DNA of 64,000 bases, taken from a virus (Duplodnaviria > Caudoviricetes). The stretch is taken from the IMG/VR virus record IMGVR_UViG_3300037512_001279, positions 57,657 to 121,656 of that record; one strand, written 5' to 3'. The position numbers and the translations under genes were made by a program. This document shows positions 9,107 to 17,808 of the stretch, one piece after another; the first letter of the stretch is position 1; every line of letters begins with the position of its first letter. The notes under the pieces are model-generated. The model was not told the DNA's origin, did no database searches, and saw only the letters and a list, made by a program, of their open reading frames with translations.

Positions 9107-11920
9107 ACCGTATATAGCATACAAAACCTGATCTTCTTCTTTAATTCTGTCAACATACTTTTGAATGTATTGCATAACTTCTAGTGCAAAATCACCATCT
9201 TCACGTATAGATTTACCGTTATATAGCTCTTGTAATTCGTTAAGTGCTGTAATTCCATAGCTGATAGTCATGGGTTTTAGGATGCTCTTGATTTTTTCAT
9301 TTGGCTGAAGGTGTCCACCATAAAAACCACCTTCACAAAACATCACAGGGTTTGTCGATGCTTTGAATTCTCCAATATAATCAATCGTTCTAAGATGTAG
9401 TTTTCTAATTAGCTCAAGGTAATAATTCAAAACCTCATAAAAATCCTTGTTTTCCTGTCTAGATTTTGCAAGTATCATTGGAAGATTTAATGATACTACT
9501 CCCATATTAAACCGCCCCTCAAATACGGGCTTGTCATCATCATCTGCCGGATGCATACCACCTCTCTCATACCAAGGAGAAAGGAAGGCCCTGCAATTAT
9601 GACTATATAATCCACTTACTTCAAAATGTTCACTGTCAGTTGTTACATCGTAACTATATCCAACCTTGTCTAGCCTTTCTACTTCAATTAAATTCGCTTT
9701 AACATTGTAGTGATCAGATACCGTTTCAACAAACTTGCTAGTTTTCTTTTCACATTGTATGTAATTCATAAGTTCTTCTGTAGGATAAAACTCTACCCTA
9801 TATCTAATTGCATTATAATTCTTTTTGTTATAATGGTTATAGTACATTTTTGCAGGCATACCAAGTGTTTGTGCAAGTGCCATCTGTTGTAATGCAAGTT
9901 CTTTATTTGTAGATCCAATCTGAATTACAGACCCACCATGAGAAATTCCATTAACTCCACCATCTGCATCAATCATACCGGCTAGGAATGATAATTTCGC
10001 ACTATAATTCCAAGAGAATACTTCGTTTGGAATATGTCTATTAATTTTATTCATTCCACCAAACATTGATGTGAAGTAATTTATATTTTTTACAATCTCA
10101 TTATTTGATGTTGAAACTGCACAAATATCCTTATATGTCCCTTTAGACCCACGTTCTTGAAGTTTTACTTTTGTACTAAGGTCAAAATATTTTTTAGCAA
10201 CAAATTGAAATTTATTTACAATTTCGTCTTCCCCAAATGCAGCAACTGATGCATATATGTGGTCAGACTGATAGCAACCATCACACAACATGAAACCTAA
10301 AAACCAAGCCTTGTCATCATTAAACAAAACATTTTCTTGACAGAACTGATTTGAGTTAATTAATATTTCATCATCTTTTATTAGATCGATTGCATGTTTT
10401 GTAACTCCATTTGTAAGAGTAATTGGATGGTCTTCTGTACACACTAACCTTCTACCGTTTGTAAAATGTAAATCCACCCATTTATCTGATACATTTCTAA
10501 TAATTCTAGTTGTGTTAACAAATCCTTTTTCTGTATCATAAATTTCAACATTATTTAAATCCATGTACAAATGTGGTTGGCCTTTAATTTGCTCTTTAGG
10601 TTCAAATGAATCTGTTAATCTATCCCACATTCTTTCAAAAGATTCTACAAAAAGTTGTCCTTTATATTTGTATGTTACAAGTTCTTTACCATCTACACAG
10701 CCCATGGGAGAGATAACTCTGCCATACTTTTTATACATTTCAGGGACATAGCCTTCTCCAGTAAGACTTAACCAATCAGGATACATTGTTTTACTACTGC
10801 ATTCTATGCCTGCATTGAACACGTCTGCACTTGGATAATCAGAAGATCCGTCGCCATGAAGGTTTTTATCATATAAAAATACAATTTTGGGAAATAAAAC
10901 AGGACGCTTAAATCCGTCCTTACCTTGTCCTTCCTTATGCACCTCTAGTAATGTAATAGCTGCCATCTTTCCAAATTTATCAGTAGCCAATCCTATAGTT
11001 ACTGTGACAAACGGGTAATCACCTCGAGAAGATCCGACAGAATTCAACTTTATTTCTAGCCCCTGCCAGCCTTGTTCAAAATCGCGTTTAACTTTTTTCA
11101 TGGCATATTTGTCTGCAAGCTCTTTTAATTTTTCAAAATCAACTTTGTATTCATTAGTGCATTCGCTAAATATATCATTACAATTAACAAAATATTCATC
11201 ATAATATTTCTTATACGACTTTTCTGCATATGGTGCTAATATTTTGTCGATTTCTGGAATTGTATATCCGCCGTATTGCTGCGCAGCAGTGGCAAGTATA
11301 ATATCTCCGATCACATCAAATACAACATCTAGAGTGTGCGGTTCGTTATACCAAAGATTGCCCATTTCGAATCCGTCTTTTAATATATGTCCAACTCTAC
11401 TAAGGCAACAATTTATCGTATCTAGTCTTGCGCTTCTGTCGTGTATGTAAATATATCCATCCTTATCTGCTTGTATTTCTTCTAATGTTAAAAAGAATTT
11501 TTTATACAACTCAGAACTAAGGGAATTATATATTAAACTTCTTTTTGTAGCTACTAAAGCAGAATCTGTATTCGCATTATTCTTGTCACCAATATATCTA
11601 ATTGATTGACTTTGTTCATAAACATTATCCATCATGTGTATAAAATCTTTTTTGTAGTTCCTGTATTCTTTATACATTTTTGCAATCTCAGGATAATCTT
11701 CTTCCAATACAGATTCAACAATATTATGCATGTCATAAACTTCTATCTCGCCGTCTTCATCATAATTCTCTTCGATTGTTTGCCAAACATCATTTAGAAT
11801 TGTAAGATAATCCTCATCTTTTAATGTGATCATTGCTCTTCTAGCAGCTTTATTACATGCATCAATAATTTTTTGTTCTTTGTAGTCTTCAATAGTTCCA
11901 TCCTTTTTTACGACTTTCAT
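9107..11920 (-). CDS. nrdD: anaerobic ribonucleoside-triphosphate reductase, exon 1 (contains intein)
   Basis: N-terminal ATP cone (VVKKDG), YIHD, NCC, QQYGG, FPK, PMGCR (after intein removal), GRFNMGVVSLNLP. Confidence 0.93.
9596..10699 (-). mobile_element. intein (368 aa) with LAGLIDADG endonuclease in NrdD
   Basis: Starts CVDGKELV, block B CTEDHP, FLGFMLCDG / FLAGMIDADG, ends YDVTT...SHN followed by Cys; splicing restores SPMG|CRAFL. Confidence 0.93.
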
Positions 11921-11973
11921 GGCAAAACCTCACTTTACATGTTTATCATAATCTCTCCAATCTCTCGATTTTT

Positions 11974-12216
11974 TTATACTCGAAATTCCTCCATGGCAGC
12001 ATTGAATCTAATAATCTCATCCTGATCTTTTGTCAAAATTTCAACATACGTATTCGTCAAATCCGGCGCTATATCTATCACGCCAAATAGGGATTTAGCG
12101 TCGAATACGTTACTGCCCTTGATAATGTTTACGTCACTGTCAAACTGACTTACTTTAGAAACGAAATTTCTAAGCGTATTAATGTCTCTTACGTCCACCC
12201 TTATTCTGTTGCTCAT
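11974..12216 (-). CDS. HPr-like protein
   Basis: FDAKSLFGV (Ser46-type motif); no His15 motif; start at MSNRIRV. Confidence 0.75.
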   Translation of the reverse strand: MSNRIRVDVRDINTLRNFVSKVSQFDSDVNIIKGSNVFDAKSLFGVIDIAPDLTNTYVEILTKDQDEIIRFNAAMEEFRV

Positions 12217-12376
12217 TTTTGTCACCAACCTTCTTGATCTTTACGCGACATTCACCGTAATATATAGGGCATACGTAACCGTTATCTTTGTCGCTCCAAT
12301 AAGCGAACGGACATCCTGCGCAGTCCATTTTGTGAAAATCATCGTCAACCTCAAATTCTACATATGCTATCTTCAT
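12179..12376 (-). CDS. small Cys-rich hypothetical protein
   Basis: CAGCPF..CP..C; translationally coupled. Confidence 0.6.
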   Translation of the reverse strand: MKIAYVEFEVDDDFHKMDCAGCPFAYWSDKDNGYVCPIYYGECRVKIKKVGDKNEQQNKGGRKRH

Positions 12377-13119
12377 TATTCTTGCTCCTTGTAAAAATGA
12401 TGAACCGCACTGTCACTAAAGTGATAAACCCACTTGCCCCACTTCTCAGGTCTTCTGTCGCTCCTAAAAGCTATGCATCCTCCTGTAGTGTCACCAATTT
12501 CGTACGCAAATTCGACGGCAAGTACTGTAGTTTCCGAGACGCTCTTTTTGCCATATGCAAACTGCCCTGGTCTAGTTATCACGTCCTTAACACTATTGCC
12601 GAACCTGCCGTCTTTTATCCTATTAAATATAACGGATGCTACGTTCACCTTTGAATCAAAACCGCATTGATATGTCTCTGTCTCAACTACTCTCTGTATA
12701 AGATATATCTCTTCATCAGTAAAAACATCATATACGGTTTCAGGAGTTTCCAGATATTCCCCATATTCTTCTACCAATTTCTTATAGCTTTCATACCATT
12801 CCTGTTTACTGATTTCACCGCAATCTAGCTCCAACATCTTAAGAAAATACTCGCTTTGAGCAGAAGTCCGTATGTCAATCTCTATAGGAACGTACTCTAT
12901 TTTCGCATCATATTCAATTATTTCTATTACTTCTGATGCCTCTTCCGTAATGAATTGTTCTTCTTCCGGTGGAAATTCATCATTTGGGAACCCTGCAATT
13001 ATTGCCATAAGCACAAATCCAACAAACAGAAGCATTAATGTTATAATCAACAAAAGACACTGTCTTATAAGTGATAATGCATATTTCTTAACATCAGACA
13101 TCTTTATCACCGCCACCAT
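12376..13119 (-). CDS. SleB/CwlJ-like cell wall hydrolase (Hydrolase_2) with N-terminal membrane anchor
   Basis: RVVETE, VASVIFNR, VITRPGQF, HHFYK motifs; hydrophobic N-terminus. Confidence 0.85.
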   Translation of the reverse strand: MVAVIKMSDVKKYALSLIRQCLLLIITLMLLFVGFVLMAIIAGFPNDEFPPEEEQFITEEASEVIEIIEYDAKIEYVPIEIDIRTSAQSEYFLKMLELDCGEISKQEWYESYKKLVEEYGEYLETPETVYDVFTDEEIYLIQRVVETETYQCGFDSKVNVASVIFNRIKDGRFGNSVKDVITRPGQFAYGKKSVSETTVLAVEFAYEIGDTTGGCIAFRSDRRPEKWGKWVYHFSDSAVHHFYKEQE

Positions 13120-13306
13120 TACAATATTCTCTGAAATATTCCAACATCTTTTCCTCTTCAGGGAAGAAACAGTCTATCCCTTTTTCTGAATATAACCATC
13201 CAAAAAAGTTACAACACAATTGCCCAAAGCGAATGTCTGCCATATACTTTTTATGAAGCAAACAAAAATCTTTATAAAATTCGTCCAATCTATTTGGATC
13301 TCTCAA
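13094..13306 (-). CDS. hypothetical phage protein (MRDPNR...D.RFGQL type)
   Basis: RBS, ORF track, recurrent phage N-terminus. Confidence 0.7.
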   Translation of the reverse strand: MRDPNRLDEFYKDFCLLHKKYMADIRFGQLCCNFFGWLYSEKGIDCFFPEEEKMLEYFREYCNGGGDKDV

Positions 13307-13417
13307 TTACAATCACATCCTTTCTAAATGGGTTCTGCATAACGGGAGTTGTCTGACAATTTATATATTGCTTAAATGTCAATGACTATAACACCAGTTA
13401 TTTTTAGTAGTATCACG

Positions 13418-14770
13418 GTGAACCACTCAGACTTATAGAAGTCGGAGCTTCCTGCTTCAACCACTACTGCGTTCCTAACAAGTTACCTTGTCGGCTCGTC
13501 TTACACAGTGTCCACAGGCGTTGATTCGGATAGTTCCTACCCTATTGTTTATAGTTACGCTGATTCTAAGATTCTCAATCCCTCTACCTTGATATTGATA
13601 GCAGAGTTCCAATCTCTGTCTATTCCTTTGTGACCGCAATGAGGGCAATCCCATTTACGGATTCTAAGGTCTTTGAGATTTTCACTTCTATATCCGCACC
13701 AGTGACAGAGTTGAGAACTTGGGAACCACTTGTCTACTTTTATCAGATACCCGCCACGTTCTTTTAGTTTGTATTCTAAGAAGTTTACAAACATTCCGTA
13801 GCCATTATCCAAAGTAGCTTTACCATTTCCGAAGCCTTTATTTGCCATAGACCTCATATTAAGATTTTCCACACATACGCAAGCGTACTGATTGGCTGTC
13901 TCAGTTGACTTCTTATGTAGAAAATCTTTTCTTTGATTAGCTATGTGTCTATGTATCTTAGCTATCTTCTTTTGTTGTTTTCGATAATTGTTACTTCCGA
14001 TAATTTTATGTTTTAGCTTATGTTGAGCCTTTGCCAGTTTATCTTGTGATTGTCTGAAATAATGCGGCATATCACAATTATTGCCATCGCTATCCACATA
14101 AAGACCGTCTGACTTATAATCCAAACCCAGTGTATTCATACTGGTTACTGGAGCATATAATTCTTTAGTTTCATACTCAAATAATATAGAAACCTGATAA
14201 GTACCATCTCTATTTTGAGTGATAGTAGCTGATTTAAGTTTCCAATCTTCATTAGGTTTCCTATGTATCTTAGCTTTTATCCTACCTAACTTTGGCAGTT
14301 TGATATAATTATCGCCTATCTCTATATTGTTATTGGTATAATTCGTTGTATAACTTTTCTTTGCCCTATGCTTATTCTTATACTTTGGATAACCGCCTTG
14401 CTTTTTGAAGAATTTGTCAAAACCATAAGCTAAATGAAATACTGCATTACTTAAAGCAAACTTATCGACTTCATTTAAGAAAACAAACTCTTTCTTTAGA
14501 TGTTGAGTGCAGTAATTATTCGCTGATAGTTTGGATAAATGTTTTTCTCCATTCTTATATCGTTCTTGTTGTACACTAAGCATCTGATTATACACAAACC
14601 TGCAACAGCCAAAAGTCTTTTGGCATAATTCGGCTTGTTCTTTATTTGGGTATATAGCGTAAATATAGGCTTTATTTGTCATAAGACTTTTCCTTTCCGT
14701 AAGATTATAACTGTTGATAGTACTAACTCCTCCCTACTTCGTTGAGGAAGTGGTTGCGCACCTGTTTTAT
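13418..14770 (-). mobile_element. non-autonomous IS200/IS605-family element (tnpB only)
   Basis: Right-end hairpin ending TTCAC at 13418; left-end hairpin near 14727-14751; exact left boundary uncertain. Confidence 0.7.
13555..14682 (-). CDS. tnpB: RNA-guided endonuclease TnpB
   Basis: HTH_OrfB N-terminus, GLDYK / VENL / DRDWNSAINI RuvC D-E-D, CxxC..CPxC zinc finger. Confidence 0.93.
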   Translation of the reverse strand: MTNKAYIYAIYPNKEQAELCQKTFGCCRFVYNQMLSVQQERYKNGEKHLSKLSANNYCTQHLKKEFVFLNEVDKFALSNAVFHLAYGFDKFFKKQGGYPKYKNKHRAKKSYTTNYTNNNIEIGDNYIKLPKLGRIKAKIHRKPNEDWKLKSATITQNRDGTYQVSILFEYETKELYAPVTSMNTLGLDYKSDGLYVDSDGNNCDMPHYFRQSQDKLAKAQHKLKHKIIGSNNYRKQQKKIAKIHRHIANQRKDFLHKKSTETANQYACVCVENLNMRSMANKGFGNGKATLDNGYGMFVNFLEYKLKERGGYLIKVDKWFPSSQLCHWCGYRSENLKDLRIRKWDCPHCGHKGIDRDWNSAINIKVEGLRILESA

Positions 14771-14922
14771 CGGTGAACCCTAAATCTTATGATCGCGCCG
14801 CCAAACGGTGGGATAATTGTAACTCCCCAATTTTCTTTGAAGTGTAATTGTGGCATCAGTCTCTCCCATTCATGCCATCTTTCCTGAGACTCGACCTGAT
14901 ATCTATCATCCATGCCGTTCAT
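14767..14922 (-). pseudogene. truncated phage gene abutting the IS left end
   Basis: MNGMDD...IIPPFGGAIIRFRVHR stops at the element boundary; no clear continuation on the other side. Confidence 0.45.
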
Positions 14923-14925
14923 TTT

Positions 14926-15315
14926 TTATACCCCCGAATCGTCTTTAGTATTTACTTTAGCCTTATATCTCTCGCCATCATGTAGAGATAACATGTTACA
15001 ATATTCTGAAATTTCAGAACCATTAAGCTCTAAATAACTCATGATGTCATAAACCAATTTTGCTTCAAGTTTATCAATTCCATAATCAGCAACAATGTAT
15101 TTTTCGCGATACTCCTTATCAGGAATGTATGCGAACTCAACACATGTATCATATACGATTGTTAATACTGTTTCTTCTTTACCAAATTCTTCAGAATTCG
15201 AAGGGTCATAAATAAGCTCAACCTTAATCTCATATGAATCAACAGTAATTCTCATCTCATGCTCGTTATCTTTGTTGTTATACAAAATTTCTTTCAGATC
15301 AAATAATAAATTCAT
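14926..15315 (-). CDS. hypothetical acidic protein
   Basis: AGGAGG RBS; 129 aa. Confidence 0.7.
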   Translation of the reverse strand: MNLLFDLKEILYNNKDNEHEMRITVDSYEIKVELIYDPSNSEEFGKEETVLTIVYDTCVEFAYIPDKEYREKYIVADYGIDKLEAKLVYDIMSYLELNGSEISEYCNMLSLHDGERYKAKVNTKDDSGV

Positions 15316-15384
15316 TGTGTATCTCCTCCTTTTTATGTGAAATATATCTATCTATTAATTCTCCAAAAATCTTTATAAAATAAG

Positions 15385-15413
15385 AAAAACGCCACCGATT
15401 TCTCGATGACGCC
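15385..15413 (-). terminator. intrinsic terminator
   Basis: Minus-strand GCGTCATCGA-GAAA-TCGGTGGCGT followed by T-tract. Confidence 0.7.
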
Positions 15414-15441
15414 TTCCTTTTGGAGGTATTTTATGAAATAA

Positions 15442-15576
15442 TCAGGTCGTGCGGAGCCTCTCACTCCTGCAGCACCACTGCATGGTTCAGATACTCCACA
15501 TATTGGAGCCGATTACCCATCTGATTGGTGGCAGTGCATTGTCTTAACACCGTGTTTATCTTTCACCAACGACCTG
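15442..15576 (-). ncRNA. candidate tRNA-like structured RNA with expanded central domain
   Basis: 8-bp closing stem CAGGTCGT/ACGACCTG, D-arm-like and T-arm-like hairpins, nested internal helices; non-coding; upstream of a terminator. Confidence 0.5.
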
Positions 15577-15581
15577 CAGTT

Positions 15582-15784
15582 TTATTTATTTTTCACTATA
15601 AGTATTATAAACATAATAAACACAAACAACATCTGCAATCCTATCCAAATCAGTATTGGAGAAAACACCCATAGCCATGGACAATTTATGACTCCACTAA
15701 GCCTCAATGCAATAAATACAATTGTCAGAGATAAAAATAATCCAATGCCGCCATTATTTGAGTTATTTTTTGTTCGTTGCTCAT
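15582..15784 (-). pseudogene. small two-TM membrane protein with a frameshift in an A6 run
   Basis: Adding one A gives MSNEQKNNSNNGGIGLFLSLTIVFIALRLSGVINCPWLWVFSP...KNK. Confidence 0.6.
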
Positions 15785-15802
15785 ATACTCTCCTAATATT
15801 AT

Positions 15803-16006
15803 TTACCTGAAAGATTGACTAATTGGCATATAATCATCTGCAGACTCATAATACCAATTCTTCTTGTCGTAATCATAAAATAAAAAAGTAACTTCATTCG
15901 TATCAAAATTCTTCTTTACGTCATAAACGGTTTTGAAATTTGAGAAGAACAAGTCATCCATTAAGTTACAATGATCTTTATGAACTACCTGAAACATCAA
16001 TCCCAC
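15803..16006 (-). CDS. hypothetical protein
   Basis: Coupled to upstream ORF; VYDV...TFLFYD. Confidence 0.6.
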   Translation of the reverse strand: MGLMFQVVHKDHCNLMDDLFFSNFKTVYDVKKNFDTNEVTFLFYDYDKKNWYYESADDYMPISQSFR

Positions 16007-16260
16007 TCTCCTTTTTCCACGACTGTTAATCCGTTTTTAATTCCCAATTCTTCATCTGACCACTCTTCCCAACGAACCAGCTCTTCATCCATATCATAAA
16101 TATCACCATCATCAGGAATCAATTCACCGTTAATGCTGTGACATGATCCGTAAAACTCCGTTGGATCTTCTTCCTCAAGATACGGGAAATTAGGTGGCCC
16201 CGTAACTCTAAATGATATATAGTCATAATCCTTCTTGCTTATTAATTCTCTAACGGTCAT
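15997..16260 (-). CDS. hypothetical protein
   Basis: Coupled start, GAGG RBS. Confidence 0.65.
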   Translation of the reverse strand: MTVRELISKKDYDYISFRVTGPPNFPYLEEEDPTEFYGSCHSINGELIPDDGDIYDMDEELVRWEEWSDEELGIKNGLTVVEKGEWD

Positions 16261-16710
16261 TTAAACCTCTCTTTCAGACAAAACGATAAAATCTTTGCCG
16301 CCAAAATATCCAAGTTCTTTTAACAAATCTGATATAAATTCATCATCATGATCAATTCTCTTGAATACTAACTTATATCCCTGATCTAAGTATTTCAGAC
16401 ACTCATTATATTTTTTCTTTTCGTATTCATTCCACTCATCATTTAGCCATTCTTCCAACGTGTCATACCGGCTACACTGAACGTCTTCATTAAATTGTGC
16501 ATCCAGTTGATATTTTGATACTACTGAAATTCCTTCTTCAGTCTGGTAGGAAGAACCCCTCGCATACATAAGTCTCTCTACGAGATTATTGAAGTTGGCA
16601 AGAAATGGATATTTTTTGATAGTCTCCTTATCAATCTTTGGGATTTCTTTATAGGCAATGATAAACGAACTGCTGCTTGAATTAGTGACGAAATCTGTTC
16701 TAATCTTCAT
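16261..16710 (-). CDS. MKIRTDFVTNSSSSSF-motif protein 3
   Basis: Start at 16710 with GAGGAG RBS; N-terminal motif. Confidence 0.8.
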   Translation of the reverse strand: MKIRTDFVTNSSSSSFIIAYKEIPKIDKETIKKYPFLANFNNLVERLMYARGSSYQTEEGISVVSKYQLDAQFNEDVQCSRYDTLEEWLNDEWNEYEKKKYNECLKYLDQGYKLVFKRIDHDDEFISDLLKELGYFGGKDFIVLSEREV

Positions 16711-16711
16711 T

Positions 16712-16999
16712 TTATCTCTCCTCAATATGCATAATTCCAATGTCATTGCTTGTATATGAATCGCCATGGCTCCATGCGCCCGCAAAATTGTCAATCAAAT
16801 ACTTGTCAAACAAATCTTCCCAATCATCAGTACATTCTATTTCTATCGATTTTCCTGATGTAAGGACAAACTTATCTTTAGCGTCTCTGATAATTCGATA
16901 AAATAGATTCTTCGCAAACTCTTCGCTAGTCATGTTGCTTGCGGTATTGTTCGTGATTATAAATTTGTGCTTTTTACTTTCTGAATAATAGTCGTTCAC
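16712..16999 (-). CDS. paralog of motif protein 1 lacking the NSSSSS motif
   Basis: Aligns by eye with 17506-17808 (FI.TNN...SEEFA..L..RIIRDAK..F.L..G.SIE.EC.D); AAAGGA RBS, GTG start. Confidence 0.75.
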   Translation of the reverse strand: MNDYYSESKKHKFIITNNTASNMTSEEFAKNLFYRIIRDAKDKFVLTSGKSIEIECTDDWEDLFDKYLIDNFAGAWSHGDSYTSNDIGIMHIEER

Positions 17000-17026
17000 A
17001 ATAAGTAACGTCCTTTCTTGATTATT

Positions 17027-17497
17027 TTAGTCGCAATATCCCCACACGATTGGGACATCCGAAAATGCGTTTTCAACAGAATAAAAATCGTACCGGCAGC
17101 ATCCTTTATTATCAATTAGATAATGATGATCTAGTCCTTCCCATTGTTTGTCTTTTTCTAAAGCTTCATTGTAAAGTTCAATTGCATCTTCTTCCGTATA
17201 ACCCCACTCCAAACGTGTTTTTATATATTCATCTCTAGTCTCTCCTCCGGTATATGGAGTGTATGGGTGATCTTTTGTTATAAAGCTTATATAGTAGTTC
17301 CCAACAGAAATTTCTCCTACTTCTTCATCATAAACGACATCTTTCCACCTTATTTTGTCGGAGTAACCAAAGTCTTTACAATCTTCCTGAGCCAATTCCT
17401 TTAGTTTTTTTAATAATTGCCCGAAAGTGCAATCCTTGCGATCAATAATAAAAGAGCTAGAGCTACTGTTAGTAACAAAATCCGTTCTAATTTTCAT
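17027..17497 (-). CDS. MKIRTDFVTNSSSSSF-motif protein 2
   Basis: AGGAGG RBS; N-terminal motif; ends WGYCD. Confidence 0.82.
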   Translation of the reverse strand: MKIRTDFVTNSSSSSFIIDRKDCTFGQLLKKLKELAQEDCKDFGYSDKIRWKDVVYDEEVGEISVGNYYISFITKDHPYTPYTGGETRDEYIKTRLEWGYTEEDAIELYNEALEKDKQWEGLDHHYLIDNKGCCRYDFYSVENAFSDVPIVWGYCD

Positions 17498-17505
17498 AAT
17501 TCCTC

Positions 17506-17808
17506 CTAATGGTGAGACTCCTTGAACTCAACTGAAATATCATTATCCATATAATAGTTGCCACTTCCGAACCAACTTCCTCCACATTCATTATGAATAT
17601 ATGTCTCAAAATAATTTTCATAATGATCTTCGCATTCAAGTTCAATTGATTCACCTGGTTTTAATTCAAATAATCCCTTAGCATCCCTGATAATTCTGCC
17701 AACCAATTTTTCAGCAAATTCTTCTGATGACAAAGTTTCATTAGAATTGTTTGTAAGAATAAAACTACTTGAAGAACTGTTTGTCACAAAATCTTTTCTA
17801 TACTTCAT
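17506..17808 (-). CDS. MKYRKDFVTNSSSSSF-motif protein 1
   Basis: Start at 17808 (AAAGGAG RBS) overlapping the rSAM stop; ends ESHH. Confidence 0.8.
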   Translation of the reverse strand: MKYRKDFVTNSSSSSFILTNNSNETLSSEEFAEKLVGRIIRDAKGLFELKPGESIELECEDHYENYFETYIHNECGGSWFGSGNYYMDNDISVEFKESHH

